Source: Thermoprotei archaeon
GTDB taxonomy: Archaea > Thermoproteota > Thermoprotei > Thermoproteales > B15-G16
DNA: 64,000 nt
NCBI GenBank assembly: GCA_003649205.1
Contig: QMRC01000001.1
Coordinates: 192,001-256,000, forward strand
Reading direction: 5' to 3'
Shown here in pieces: positions 19,101 through 28,359 of this stretch; within the stretch, counting starts at the first letter, position 1, and every line of letters starts with the position of its first letter. The translations under genes and the position numbers were made by a program. A model generated the notes under the pieces. The model saw only the letters and a program-made list of their open reading frames with translations, made no database searches and was not told the origin of the DNA.

Positions 19101-20039
19101 TTAGAGGTACACCCTACACATTAGACTAAATGGACATTCATGACAGAGCTTTTTCCTACATAACACACGACCTATGTACGATAGTCCGTATAGTATTGTT
19201 GGGTCTTCAGGATTTAGTGACCGAGCTAAGTTCTGGAGAAAGTGATACTTCTTGTCATTGAAATCTGGTGCTGTTGCTCTGTCAACTACACCTATGTTTT
19301 TCATGACCTTAAGGAGGTCACTATCAAGTGGGCAATGCAGTAACCTAAGTACATCCTTTGTAGGTTCACTTAGGAGCTTTATTGTGAAGTACAGTGTTTG
19401 GTCTACTACCTGTGCTGTGCTTGAAGGTAGTGTTGCTAGTGCTATCCTAAGTATCTCGATAGCTTTCTCCATACTTGTTGCATTTCGCTCCTTAATGAGT
19501 AAACCTATGTAGTATGCTCTTCTGTGGTATTCACTATGTGGTAATGCCATAGGTAGTAATTCAAGTAGCGTTGCTCTGAAGCATTGAGTAAGGAGTATTA
19601 CGTCATTAATGTTCTCGTACTTGAGCAGTCGTTGGAGCTTGCTTAGTGCTTCAGCAAGTAGGGTTAGTGATGCGATTACTCTATCACGCACCCTACCATC
19701 TAATTTGTACGCATATCGTGTGTGGTCTATTGCTGCTTCTAGTAATTCAGGATCTCTGTAGTTCTCGAGTTCATTTAGTGGATCACCAAGATGATTGAAT
19801 ATTACTGATAAGTCCTTAGCTAACGACAATGTACTTGCTCTAAGTATACGTTTGTATCGATAAAGCAGTGCAAAGAAATACGTTGTAAAGAGCTTTATGG
19901 GAAGTGGTAACTTCTTGACTATTCCTGTAGCCGCTAAGACCCTTACGAAGAACTCACTATTCTTGTTATCTAACTCTAGTATCTGCTCCTTTAGAGGTTC
20001 TAGGTACTTAACCTTATACTCTAACTCCTCACTTCTCAT
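19101..20039 (-). CDS. Divergent HhH-GPD/endonuclease III-like protein with C-terminal Cys cluster
   Basis: PLDSDLLKVMKNIG (cf. PVDxHxxRVxxRLG); GRVLCRKKLCHECPFSLMC. Confidence 0.5.
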   Translation of the reverse strand: MRSEELEYKVKYLEPLKEQILELDNKNSEFFVRVLAATGIVKKLPLPIKLFTTYFFALLYRYKRILRASTLSLAKDLSVIFNHLGDPLNELENYRDPELLEAAIDHTRYAYKLDGRVRDRVIASLTLLAEALSKLQRLLKYENINDVILLTQCFRATLLELLPMALPHSEYHRRAYYIGLLIKERNATSMEKAIEILRIALATLPSSTAQVVDQTLYFTIKLLSEPTKDVLRLLHCPLDSDLLKVMKNIGVVDRATAPDFNDKKYHFLQNLARSLNPEDPTILYGLSYIGRVLCRKKLCHECPFSLMCRVYL

Positions 20040-20067
20040 GGTATCTTATTGGGTTCTGTTTAAGGAT

Positions 20068-20631
20068 CTATGGTGTGAACCATGAGAGAACCAAGTAATT
20101 TACCTTACCGTAGATCTTATCCCTGTAAGCTAGTATGAACTTCTTCCTAACTGTGTGTGAAAGCCTGCCTGCTCTAATTATGTCAAGAGGTTCGAGCTTG
20201 CTACCGGGTTCTAGTACATGTACTAGGTATGGCGCATGATCTATACCGGGGCCTTTCTCGTACACGGCAAAGTAAGTACCGTACTTAAGTCCTGTCCTAA
20301 CGACGTACCCCCTAGATCTGAGATCCCTGTAGACTTCGTAAAGTAGGTCGAAGTTTGCTATGTACTTCCTACCAACCTCCAACAATTCATCTCTACTCAG
20401 CACCTTACCGCTAATGTCCACTACCTCGATTCTACCCTCATCGAGTAGATACAGTGCTTCCAATAGTGAAAGCTCGAGAGGTCTCGCTACCTTACTAACC
20501 TCATCAGGTTTTACCTTGTCTATCCCTATGAACTTTCCGAAGAATCCTCTCTGGAATAGTTCCCTAGCTTTCTCAATGTCAAGTACTATAACTCTAGAAC
20601 CTATGAGAATTGCTTGAGCTTTTGATGACAT
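20068..20631 (-). CDS. endA: tRNA-splicing endonuclease catalytic subunit
   Basis: LSLLEALYL, VYRDLRSRGY, GLKYG..FAVY..GPGIDHAPY, RLSHTVRK. Confidence 0.93.
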   Translation of the reverse strand: MSSKAQAILIGSRVIVLDIEKARELFQRGFFGKFIGIDKVKPDEVSKVARPLELSLLEALYLLDEGRIEVVDISGKVLSRDELLEVGRKYIANFDLLYEVYRDLRSRGYVVRTGLKYGTYFAVYEKGPGIDHAPYLVHVLEPGSKLEPLDIIRAGRLSHTVRKKFILAYRDKIYGKVNYLVLSWFTP

Positions 20632-20638
20632 GAAATCA

Positions 20639-20947
20639 CTAGGCTTGCTTTAAAGGTGCTCTAACAGTAGCTATTGTATTGTCTGCTATACCCAGAGTCT
20701 TTAGTTCATCCGCATTGCACCAAACCTCATTCTCAGGAACGTCACCGGATGCTAGTACGTTCAGCACTAATCTCTTTGGTCCTGCACCACCACCACCTGA
20801 TACCACGATCTCAACTTTATCCTTTATGTTCAGATACTGAATTGCCTTAGGATTCATCTTAGCCCAACCCTTCTCAACAACATCCTTCCTCCTAATTCTC
20901 AATCTTTTCTCTCTTCTGGGTTGTACTATTGACACAGGATCACCCAT
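20639..20947 (-). CDS. Small hypothetical protein, double-psi beta-barrel-like (Cdc48 N-domain-like)
   Basis: Twofold repeat AKMNPKAIQYLNI / VWCNADELKTLGI. Confidence 0.55.
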   Translation of the reverse strand: MGDPVSIVQPRREKRLRIRRKDVVEKGWAKMNPKAIQYLNIKDKVEIVVSGGGGAGPKRLVLNVLASGDVPENEVWCNADELKTLGIADNTIATVRAPLKQA

Positions 20948-20997
20948 CTAGAGTTCTAGGTTACTATAATTTAACCTATGCTATGTATCTCTACTAG

Positions 20998-22782
20998 CTA
21001 AGTAAATTTAGTTAGATCACTGAAGCTTATTGACTTATCACTAAAGTACTTCATGAGCACCTCAGGTAGCTTCTCTATCGGCACCCTTATCTGTGTCCAG
21101 GTATCTCTATCCCTGAGAGTTACTGTGTTATCCTGTAGTGTCTGCCCATCAATCGTTATTGCAATTGGTACACCTATCTCATCTGCCTTAACGTACCTCC
21201 AACCTATGGTACCTCCATCGTCATACATTGCGTAGAAGTACTTCTTCAGCATGTTGTACACTTCTCTAGCCTTTTCAACGAACTCAGTTTTCTTTACTAG
21301 TGGAAAGACAGCTACCTTTATGGGTGCTACATCTCTAGGTAATCTAAGCACTACCCTTCCATTCTTTTCAGTGTACGCATACTCAAGAACTACGTAGGTA
21401 ACTCTATCAGCACCAAACGACGGCTCAGCAACATGCGGTATAAATCTCTCAACCTCAATCTTCTCCTCTCTCTCCTCAATTATGAAGTATTCTCTACTCA
21501 ACTTCACATCCTGTACCTCAACGTACCCTACCTCATTTAGCCTTTGAACAATCTCATCTCTACTCAACCTACTCAAGTCACGTAAAATGTACTTAGCATT
21601 TTCACCAAATTGCTTCTTGATTAACTCAATGTTTGGTTTCACAATTAACTTCTTCTCGATTCTTGGTTGTGAAAGCCTTCTATAGGCTCTTAGGTCTCTC
21701 TTACTGTACTCCATGTGTCTACGTAAGTCATAATCCGTTCTATACGCATGTCCTGATACCTCAATCCATCCCCACCTCTCAGTCCATACAACTTGGTCAA
21801 AGGTCTGTGCTGCGTAGTGTGCTCTTTCCTCTGGTAACTTCTCAATAAACATCTGCTTTTCATGTGGTATACCTAGATCCTCCATGAACAACTTAGCTAG
21901 TGCCATGAAGTATGCATTCCATTCAGTCATTATGAGCTTCTTCTCAATAGCTTCCTTAACCGTTACCTCTCTAGGTTCTTTCTTACCTTCCCTAATGTCT
22001 TCACAGGTAAGTAGCCTCAGCTTAACGTCCTTAACCTCATCGATCAGAGGACATGATGGATTCTGTGGGTCGAAGAACAGCTCAAGTTCCATTATTGTGA
22101 ACTCTCTAAGCCTAATCGGTCCTTGTCTAGGTGATATCTCATTCCTCAAGACCTTACCTATCTGAGCAATACCGAGCGGTAACCTCCTATCCATCATCTC
22201 ATAGATTCTGTGGAAGTTAACAAACATACCCTGCGCAGCCTCTGGTCTTGCATAACCTATGTTATCACTGTATGGACCTATCGTAGTCTTGAAGAGTAGG
22301 TTAAACTTCTTAACAGGCCCAAATTCTCCACCACACTCTGGACACTTAATGCCGTACTTTCTAATTATCTCGGTAAGTTCATCTGCTGTCTTACCCTCAA
22401 GACCTGTTAAGCCAGTTAAATCCTCTATCAAGTGATCTGCTCTATACTTCCTACCACACCTACTACACTCAACAATGTAGTCAGTAAAGTGCTCCACGTG
22501 TCCTGAAGCTTCAAAGACTATGGCAGGCATTACTACTGGAGTCTCTATCTCAACTATGAAGTCTTGATGCCTCTTAACAAACCATTCTCTCCACTTCTCC
22601 TCGATATTCTTCTTAAGTAAAGTACCAAGTGGACCATAGTCTATGAAACCACTTACACCACCGTAGATCTCACTAGATGACCAGAAGAAACCCCTCCTCC
22701 TACCTAACTCACACAACTTCTCGTACTTATCCTGTTTAGTAGTCATGGTGAGGAGCCTCTCTTTGTAAACATCTTGACCCAA
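20998..22782 (-). CDS. glyS: Glycine--tRNA ligase (start probably 22746)
   Basis: RRRGFF, YARPEAAQG, RNEISPRQG, IPHVAEPSFG. Confidence 0.97.
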   Translation of the reverse strand: MGQDVYKERLLTMTTKQDKYEKLCELGRRRGFFWSSSEIYGGVSGFIDYGPLGTLLKKNIEEKWREWFVKRHQDFIVEIETPVVMPAIVFEASGHVEHFTDYIVECSRCGRKYRADHLIEDLTGLTGLEGKTADELTEIIRKYGIKCPECGGEFGPVKKFNLLFKTTIGPYSDNIGYARPEAAQGMFVNFHRIYEMMDRRLPLGIAQIGKVLRNEISPRQGPIRLREFTIMELELFFDPQNPSCPLIDEVKDVKLRLLTCEDIREGKKEPREVTVKEAIEKKLIMTEWNAYFMALAKLFMEDLGIPHEKQMFIEKLPEERAHYAAQTFDQVVWTERWGWIEVSGHAYRTDYDLRRHMEYSKRDLRAYRRLSQPRIEKKLIVKPNIELIKKQFGENAKYILRDLSRLSRDEIVQRLNEVGYVEVQDVKLSREYFIIEEREEKIEVERFIPHVAEPSFGADRVTYVVLEYAYTEKNGRVVLRLPRDVAPIKVAVFPLVKKTEFVEKAREVYNMLKKYFYAMYDDGGTIGWRYVKADEIGVPIAITIDGQTLQDNTVTLRDRDTWTQIRVPIEKLPEVLMKYFSDKSISFSDLTKFT

Positions 22783-22817
22783 GTATTTATAATAAACTCA
22801 TCTAGCTAAGTACTCTC

Positions 22818-23729
22818 GTGAGTTTCAGAGAGTTGTTGCTAGTACCTACTTCACCTGCTTTCGGTGGCGTGAGTAGGAAGTATGAGGAGAGCGAGTGGGT
22901 ACTGCTAGGTACTCCGTTCGATTCCACAACCACATATAGACCAGGTTCACGATTTGCTCCGAGGAGAGTAAGAGAGATTTCTCAGGAAATAGATCTCGTG
23001 AATCCATTCATACCTGAGTTGAGATATGAGATGTACCCAATGTGTGATTTAGGTGACTTAGTATTTACAACAGATGTCAATGAGTTTCTACGTTGTTACT
23101 GTAGGGTCTTGAGAGAGCTATTGTCTGATTCCAAGAGGGTTTTGGTGTTGGGTGGAGAGCACACTGTGACTATTGGTACGGCTAGAGTTCTGAGGGGGTT
23201 AAGCAGGAAGGTGTGGATTGTGTACTTTGATGCACATCTCGATCTCTATGATGAGTACCCTAGAGGGTGTAGGATCTCACATGCAACTGTTGTCAGTAGG
23301 TTAATTGAGTGTGATTGTGAGGTAGTTGCTATTGGGTATAGAGCCTACTCAGAGGAGGAGTATAGGAAGTTGAGGAAATTGACTTTTTGGATTAGTGCTA
23401 GTGATGTAGTTCGTAGTAGAGAGGAGTGTTTTCTTGAGTTAGCTCAGGTACTACAGTGTGTTAGTGGTGATGTTGTTATCTCACTAGATGTAGATGTTCT
23501 TGATCCGTCAGTAGCTCCTGCGGTTGGTAATCCTGAACCAGGTGGTTTAGATTACTGTACCTTGTTGGAATTGCTTCGTATTGTGCTCCTATCTCTTGGT
23601 CAGAAGGTTAAGGTGATTGAGATTGTTGAGTATACACCCATGCTTGATCACAATGGTGTGACTGGTTGCTTAGTTGCTAAGTTAGTTTCCGATCTGTACT
23701 TACTAGCATTGATTGGGAGTAAGTGCTGA
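22818..23729 (+). CDS. speB: Agmatinase (ureohydrolase)
   Basis: RPGSRFAP, GGEH, DAHLD, SLDVDVLDP. Confidence 0.85.
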   Translation: MSFRELLLVPTSPAFGGVSRKYEESEWVLLGTPFDSTTTYRPGSRFAPRRVREISQEIDLVNPFIPELRYEMYPMCDLGDLVFTTDVNEFLRCYCRVLRELLSDSKRVLVLGGEHTVTIGTARVLRGLSRKVWIVYFDAHLDLYDEYPRGCRISHATVVSRLIECDCEVVAIGYRAYSEEEYRKLRKLTFWISASDVVRSREECFLELAQVLQCVSGDVVISLDVDVLDPSVAPAVGNPEPGGLDYCTLLELLRIVLLSLGQKVKVIEIVEYTPMLDHNGVTGCLVAKLVSDLYLLALIGSKC

Positions 23730-23734
23730 ATCTA

Positions 23735-24739
23735 CTACTTCTCTACCTTTTCAACTCTAACACCTTCAACACCTAGCTCCGTAATTATTGGTGTGCCATT
23801 AGCTATTGCTATTGCTGCTGCTACTTCCTTTAATTTATTTGGCGCTAGAGCTAGCATACAACCCCCACCACCCGCACCACTGAGCTTAGCACCTATCGCT
23901 CCAGCCATTCTAGCTGCGTAAACCATATCGTTTAGTCGTTTATCTGAGACGCCAAGAGCTTCTAGTAGACCATGGTTTATATTCATGAGCTCGCCAACTG
24001 TCCCTAGCTCACCCTTCTCAATAGCTACTCTAGCTCTCTCAACTAACTCGCCAATTGCCCATATGATTTGATCAATGAGCTTAGTATATTTATCACGTAA
24101 CTTCCTAACCCACGCAACCAACTCCTTAGTAGTTGCTACCCTCTTGACATAGCCAATAACTGTTGGTAGTTCAGCACCCTTCCTAACAGGTTCAATTATG
24201 GGGCTTGAGCTTGTTGGCTTTATGTAGAGCAAACCACCGTAGGTAGCTACAGCAGTATCCATTGGTGAAGCAGCTCCCTGAACTGTCAATTCCGTCCTAT
24301 GACCGAGCTTAGCTATTTCCCTCTTCTCCAATTCATGACCTGTTATTGTAGCATAGGCAAAGACTGTCGCCACCGAGACGGCAGCGGAGGTACCTAATCC
24401 AGCACCTACTGGCATGTCAGACTTTATCTCAAGCTCAACACCGGCTCTTTCTCCAAGGTACTCACGAGTTAGTTCAATAGCTTTTCTGACGTATGCTATA
24501 GCTGGAATTACCTTACCGTAGTCTGTACCTACGACAATTTCACCATTTGGTTTAAGCGTAACTATTACACCATGTGTAGATAGGTCGTACGCAGCTATTT
24601 TGACCTCACCATTATTTCGAAGCCTAGCAGTTACGTAGAGTCTCCTATCTATTGAAGCAGCTATAGCACCTGTACCGTAGACAACAGCGTGTTCACCAAA
24701 GAACTTAACAACGCCAGGTGCAGAAACGACAACCTTCAT
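23735..24739 (-). CDS. mvk: Mevalonate kinase
   Basis: GEHAVVYG, PVGAGLGTSAA, KLSGAGGGG. Confidence 0.93.
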   Translation of the reverse strand: MKVVVSAPGVVKFFGEHAVVYGTGAIAASIDRRLYVTARLRNNGEVKIAAYDLSTHGVIVTLKPNGEIVVGTDYGKVIPAIAYVRKAIELTREYLGERAGVELEIKSDMPVGAGLGTSAAVSVATVFAYATITGHELEKREIAKLGHRTELTVQGAASPMDTAVATYGGLLYIKPTSSSPIIEPVRKGAELPTVIGYVKRVATTKELVAWVRKLRDKYTKLIDQIIWAIGELVERARVAIEKGELGTVGELMNINHGLLEALGVSDKRLNDMVYAARMAGAIGAKLSGAGGGGCMLALAPNKLKEVAAAIAIANGTPIITELGVEGVRVEKVEK

Positions 24740-24801
24740 ATTTAGTCGAACGGAAATACGACAAACAACAAATTTTATCAGTTACTACGTGAGGAAACTA
24801 G

Positions 24802-24969
24802 CTATACGGCCTTAATTCTCTTAGTTACAAAGGATCTAGTCTTAGCAATGATCTTGTACCCACAGTAGGGACAGTGAACACCAGGTATTAGCTCCATATC
24901 AGCAGGATCGAAAGTTCTCTTACATCTGAGGCAGATGTACTTCTTCCATTCACGATACTCTAGACTCAC
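24802..24969 (-). CDS. rpo12: RNA polymerase subunit Rpo12 (RpoP)
   Basis: YICLRC...CPYCGYKIIAK; GTG start at 24969 chosen. Confidence 0.88.
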   Translation of the reverse strand: MSLEYREWKKYICLRCKRTFDPADMELIPGVHCPYCGYKIIAKTRSFVTKRIKAV

Positions 24970-25486
24970 CGTGCTCAACCTCCCATAGAATCCTGACTCT
25001 CTCTTCACCTCCAATCTCCTTAATAAACTGTGCTACGGACTTAGGTACTAACTCCTCCCAGGGACCACCTTCAACCATTAACTTCCTAATGTATTTACCA
25101 CAGTACCTCTCCCTATTGAAAAACGGTATGCTAAGTACCTTCACCCCTGCTCTCTCAAGTAGGAATTTAACGAAGTGATTATTGCTGTAAGCTACATCGA
25201 ATTTAGGTACATATGAGAGTACTAGAGTTGCCCATAGGTAGTGCATTCCTCCTGTATCTGGTACGATAGCTATAATGCACCTATTGTAGATACCGCACTC
25301 TCTAAGAGCTCTAACAATCATCTCAATTCTCTCACCTGTCGTGAATGGATTCTCGTAATTTAGACCGTACTGGGGACTACCGATAGCTACTATAACCTCA
25401 TCTTCTCTCCCTAGAATCCACTCAATAGCCTTTAGGTGACCGAGGTGAAATGGTTGAAATCTACCAATGAAGAGAGCCCTACCCAT
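24950..25486 (-). CDS. nadM: Nicotinamide-mononucleotide adenylyltransferase
   Basis: GRFQPFHLGH, NPFTTGER. Confidence 0.92.
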   Translation of the reverse strand: MGRALFIGRFQPFHLGHLKAIEWILGREDEVIVAIGSPQYGLNYENPFTTGERIEMIVRALRECGIYNRCIIAIVPDTGGMHYLWATLVLSYVPKFDVAYSNNHFVKFLLERAGVKVLSIPFFNRERYCGKYIRKLMVEGGPWEELVPKSVAQFIKEIGGEERVRILWEVEHGESRVS

Positions 25487-26609
25487 TACCTATAACCTCT
25501 CTTGCAATTACTTCAAGACCTTCAATAACACTGTCGACAGATACGTAATCGATGAGATCCATGTCAGTACCACTGAAGAAGTTCGGTACTCTGGTAACTA
25601 ATACAACTTCTCTACAATCAACATACTTACCAACATCAACAAGCAATCCATACCTCCTACAAGCTTCACGACATCTAAACACTGTAACCTGACCAGCAAC
25701 AAAACCAATAGCCTTAACCCCAATAACCTTGGTGATCGAGATACCACACTCATCAGTAATTCTACGTACTTGCTCCCAAAGGCGCCTACGTACTCTCCTA
25801 TAGAAGCTGTAGGAACCTGAAGACGTAACAGCAATTACGAGAGAAGGGACATCAGAACATCTTCTCCTCAACTGCACATACGCTCTAGCAAACTCCAAGA
25901 TGCCAATAACACCACTGAGATTATCTACATATCCAGGACAAAAGAGCTTGGAGTCGAGATTAGCAAGCAGTAAAACTCCTGAGTCCTTCTTCCCCTCAAT
26001 AACAGCAATAACATCAACAACTCTACCACTACCCTTCTCGCACTGACACTCAACATAAAGATCCTCACAGACGTACCTAGTAGCTAGTTTCAGAGCTTCT
26101 TCAAGAGGTAACGTAGCTAGTACTGGTCCCTCTTCGATATCTGGGCTCAATGATATGAGCTTCGTAGCTCTTCCAGGTTTAGGTACTGAGAGAAGTACAC
26201 CATAAGCACCATGCTCCCTTAAAGAGGAATAAAGCCTACTAACACTTAGCCTACTAGTAACAATAGCTAATACACAGCGACCCTCGACCTCACTTCGAGG
26301 AGGTAAATTTGAGAGATTCCTCAGGTAGAGTAACCTCCCTACAAAACCACCCGAAGGTGAGAAGTATGCAGGATAGCCCTGTACAGGTATCATATCCCTA
26401 AATGTGTAGATGTTAAACGTAGTTACAACCCAAGTCGGGACCTCGTACTCAAACCTATACACGTGAACTTCCTTACCCAAGTACTCCCTACAGTATGTGT
26501 GTACGAAGGTACCTGCGGAGTAGCATTCTGGATACCCACATACTCTAGGTTCATACCTCTGAAATTCCTCAAGTAAATTCCTCACATTATACCTCGAGAA
26601 CTCTAGCAT
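25479..26609 (-). CDS. M28 peptidase-like protein with PA domain (degenerate metal site)
   Basis: DVIAVIEG, LLLANLDS, PGYVDNLSGV. Confidence 0.55.
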   Translation of the reverse strand: MLEFSRYNVRNLLEEFQRYEPRVCGYPECYSAGTFVHTYCREYLGKEVHVYRFEYEVPTWVVTTFNIYTFRDMIPVQGYPAYFSPSGGFVGRLLYLRNLSNLPPRSEVEGRCVLAIVTSRLSVSRLYSSLREHGAYGVLLSVPKPGRATKLISLSPDIEEGPVLATLPLEEALKLATRYVCEDLYVECQCEKGSGRVVDVIAVIEGKKDSGVLLLANLDSKLFCPGYVDNLSGVIGILEFARAYVQLRRRCSDVPSLVIAVTSSGSYSFYRRVRRRLWEQVRRITDECGISITKVIGVKAIGFVAGQVTVFRCREACRRYGLLVDVGKYVDCREVVLVTRVPNFFSGTDMDLIDYVSVDSVIEGLEVIAREVIGNG

Positions 26610-26667
26610 CTGAGTTCCATAGTTAGTGTGTAGAGAAAAAGATTACGAAGAGTTTTACGTAGTCTAA

Positions 26668-27027
26668 CTACAGTACGAGGAATGAGAGAGCAGCAAGTAT
26701 GAGAGCAGCAAACATCAATTGTTTACCTCTATAAGGTGACCAACCGGTTGACCACAGCACAACCCCTAGAGCGCCGAGCGCCATCGATGCCACCTTAGCT
26801 ACAGCCTTTATCAGATCAAGAAGTTTTTTGAAGAAGTGTGAGAGTGCTGTCTCAACAGCTGTAAACATTGAGTCTACAACGTTAGAGACCTTCTCTGCTA
26901 AGTCATTTAACTTAGTTTCTTGTGTAGTTTGGCTCTGTTGCTGATTCTGAGTACCTTCAGCTGCATAGCACATTACCGTTACGACCATCAGTACCAGTAC
27001 AAGTACTGTAATTACCTTACTTAGCAT
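26668..27027 (-). CDS. Small membrane protein with signal peptide; VirB2/TrbC-like pilin candidate
   Basis: Signal peptide, Q/T linker, amphipathic helix, two hydrophobic helices separated by SPYRGK. Confidence 0.5.
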   Translation of the reverse strand: MLSKVITVLVLVLMVVTVMCYAAEGTQNQQQSQTTQETKLNDLAEKVSNVVDSMFTAVETALSHFFKKLLDLIKAVAKVASMALGALGVVLWSTGWSPYRGKQLMFAALILAALSFLVL

Positions 27028-27084
27028 TTTTCCACCGCTATGCTTTTAAATAGAAATAAATTTAGTGACCCCAAGGGTGTCACT

Positions 27085-27240
27085 ATGCCAATTACAGATC
27101 CAGAGAAGTTGAGGATTGCACTTGAGTGGAATTTCAATGTGTGGATTTGTAGGAGATGTGGTGCTAGGAATCCTCCTGGTGCTGAGAAGTGTAGGAGATG
27201 TAAGAGTAAGAACTTGAGACCGAAGAGATTCAAGAAGTAG
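27085..27240 (+). CDS. rpl40e: 50S ribosomal protein eL40
   Basis: MPITDPEK...[27 protein letters not shown]. Confidence 0.95.
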   Translation: MPITDPEKLRIALEWNFNVWICRRCGARNPPGAEKCRRCKSKNLRPKRFKK

Positions 27241-27246
27241 CTGTAA

Positions 27247-27717
27247 TGGAGCTGGAATCAACGCAGATTAAGGGTCGTTGATCTTGGTTGCGATACAGGT
27301 CGTGTAGCTAAGGTATTCAACATCAAGTATAGATACTATGTTCTCTGCCTTGACCTTAGCTTCGATCTAGGTCTTTCCCTCTTAGCTACCATAAAACCAC
27401 CTACCTAGCATAAGTGCTATCTCAGCATTTTCACAATGTAGCTAGAGTACTTAAGCGATACGGCTCATACATCATTGATTGCGTCTATCAATGTGCTAAG
27501 ACATGTGAGGAATGGGAAGTATTCAATGGTGTAGATACGTATAAGGTAAGGTCAAGTGGTTCACTAAGACAGTAAATGGATTTAGGGTCACGAATAGAGT
27601 TGTAGTTTACCTTAACGATAGGGTACTTCTCTCAGATGCTTAGAACTCACGTACCTGAGTAAGGATGTAGCTACTGAACTGGTTAGAGATAGAGTGTTCA
27701 CTGTGTTTATGAAATAG
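27247..27717 (+). pseudogene. Decayed class I SAM methyltransferase remnant
   Basis: Start-less frame RLRVVDLGCDTGRVAK...VLCLDLS followed by stops; right boundary approximate. Confidence 0.5.
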
Positions 27718-27725
27718 CTTAGTGA

Positions 27726-28319
27726 TTATATCTTCCAGATGACCTCTCCTGTCTTAGCTAACTCAACTTGGTACAGGTATATTCCATCGAGTACTCCAGG
27801 ACCTCCTTCTCTACCATGTGGACAAGGTCTGTTCTTACCTCTTAGGCGTACTGCGTTGTGTATGTTTGCTGCTGTCTGACTAACCTTCTCGATATCGATA
27901 CCCTCGATTATGACTTCATCCTTCTCTACCTTGACCTTGACATCACCCACTATCTTAGCTACCTTCTTATCCTTCTGACCGAGGAAGTTCTCTATGACAA
28001 CCTTATCGCCTTCAACCTTCACACTCATTGGGAAGTGCGCATAAACTATCTTCATCCTGTACCTAAAGCCCTTAGTTACTCCGGTTATCATGTTCTTGAT
28101 GTGCTTAGCTATTGTGCCGACAAGTGCTCTTTCACGCTTCTTAGCGAAGTAACACTCAACAATTACCGTATTTCCTTCCTTCCTTATGGTGACTGGTTGC
28201 TTTGAAAAGTCTCTAACTAATTCACCTAGTGGACCCTTGACCTTAACAACATTGTTCTCTACAGTTACCTCAACACCTTCAGGTACCTCAACTTCCTCTG
28301 ATACATACGGTATCTTCAT
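27726..28319 (-). CDS. rpl6: 50S ribosomal protein uL6
   Basis: VKGPLGEL, NMITGVTKGF, YAHFPM, IENFLG, DGIY. Confidence 0.96.
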   Translation of the reverse strand: MKIPYVSEEVEVPEGVEVTVENNVVKVKGPLGELVRDFSKQPVTIRKEGNTVIVECYFAKKRERALVGTIAKHIKNMITGVTKGFRYRMKIVYAHFPMSVKVEGDKVVIENFLGQKDKKVAKIVGDVKVKVEKDEVIIEGIDIEKVSQTAANIHNAVRLRGKNRPCPHGREGGPGVLDGIYLYQVELAKTGEVIWKI

Positions 28320-28359
28320 GACCTATCCCGAGAGACACGACTAGACCCCCCTAATTAAC

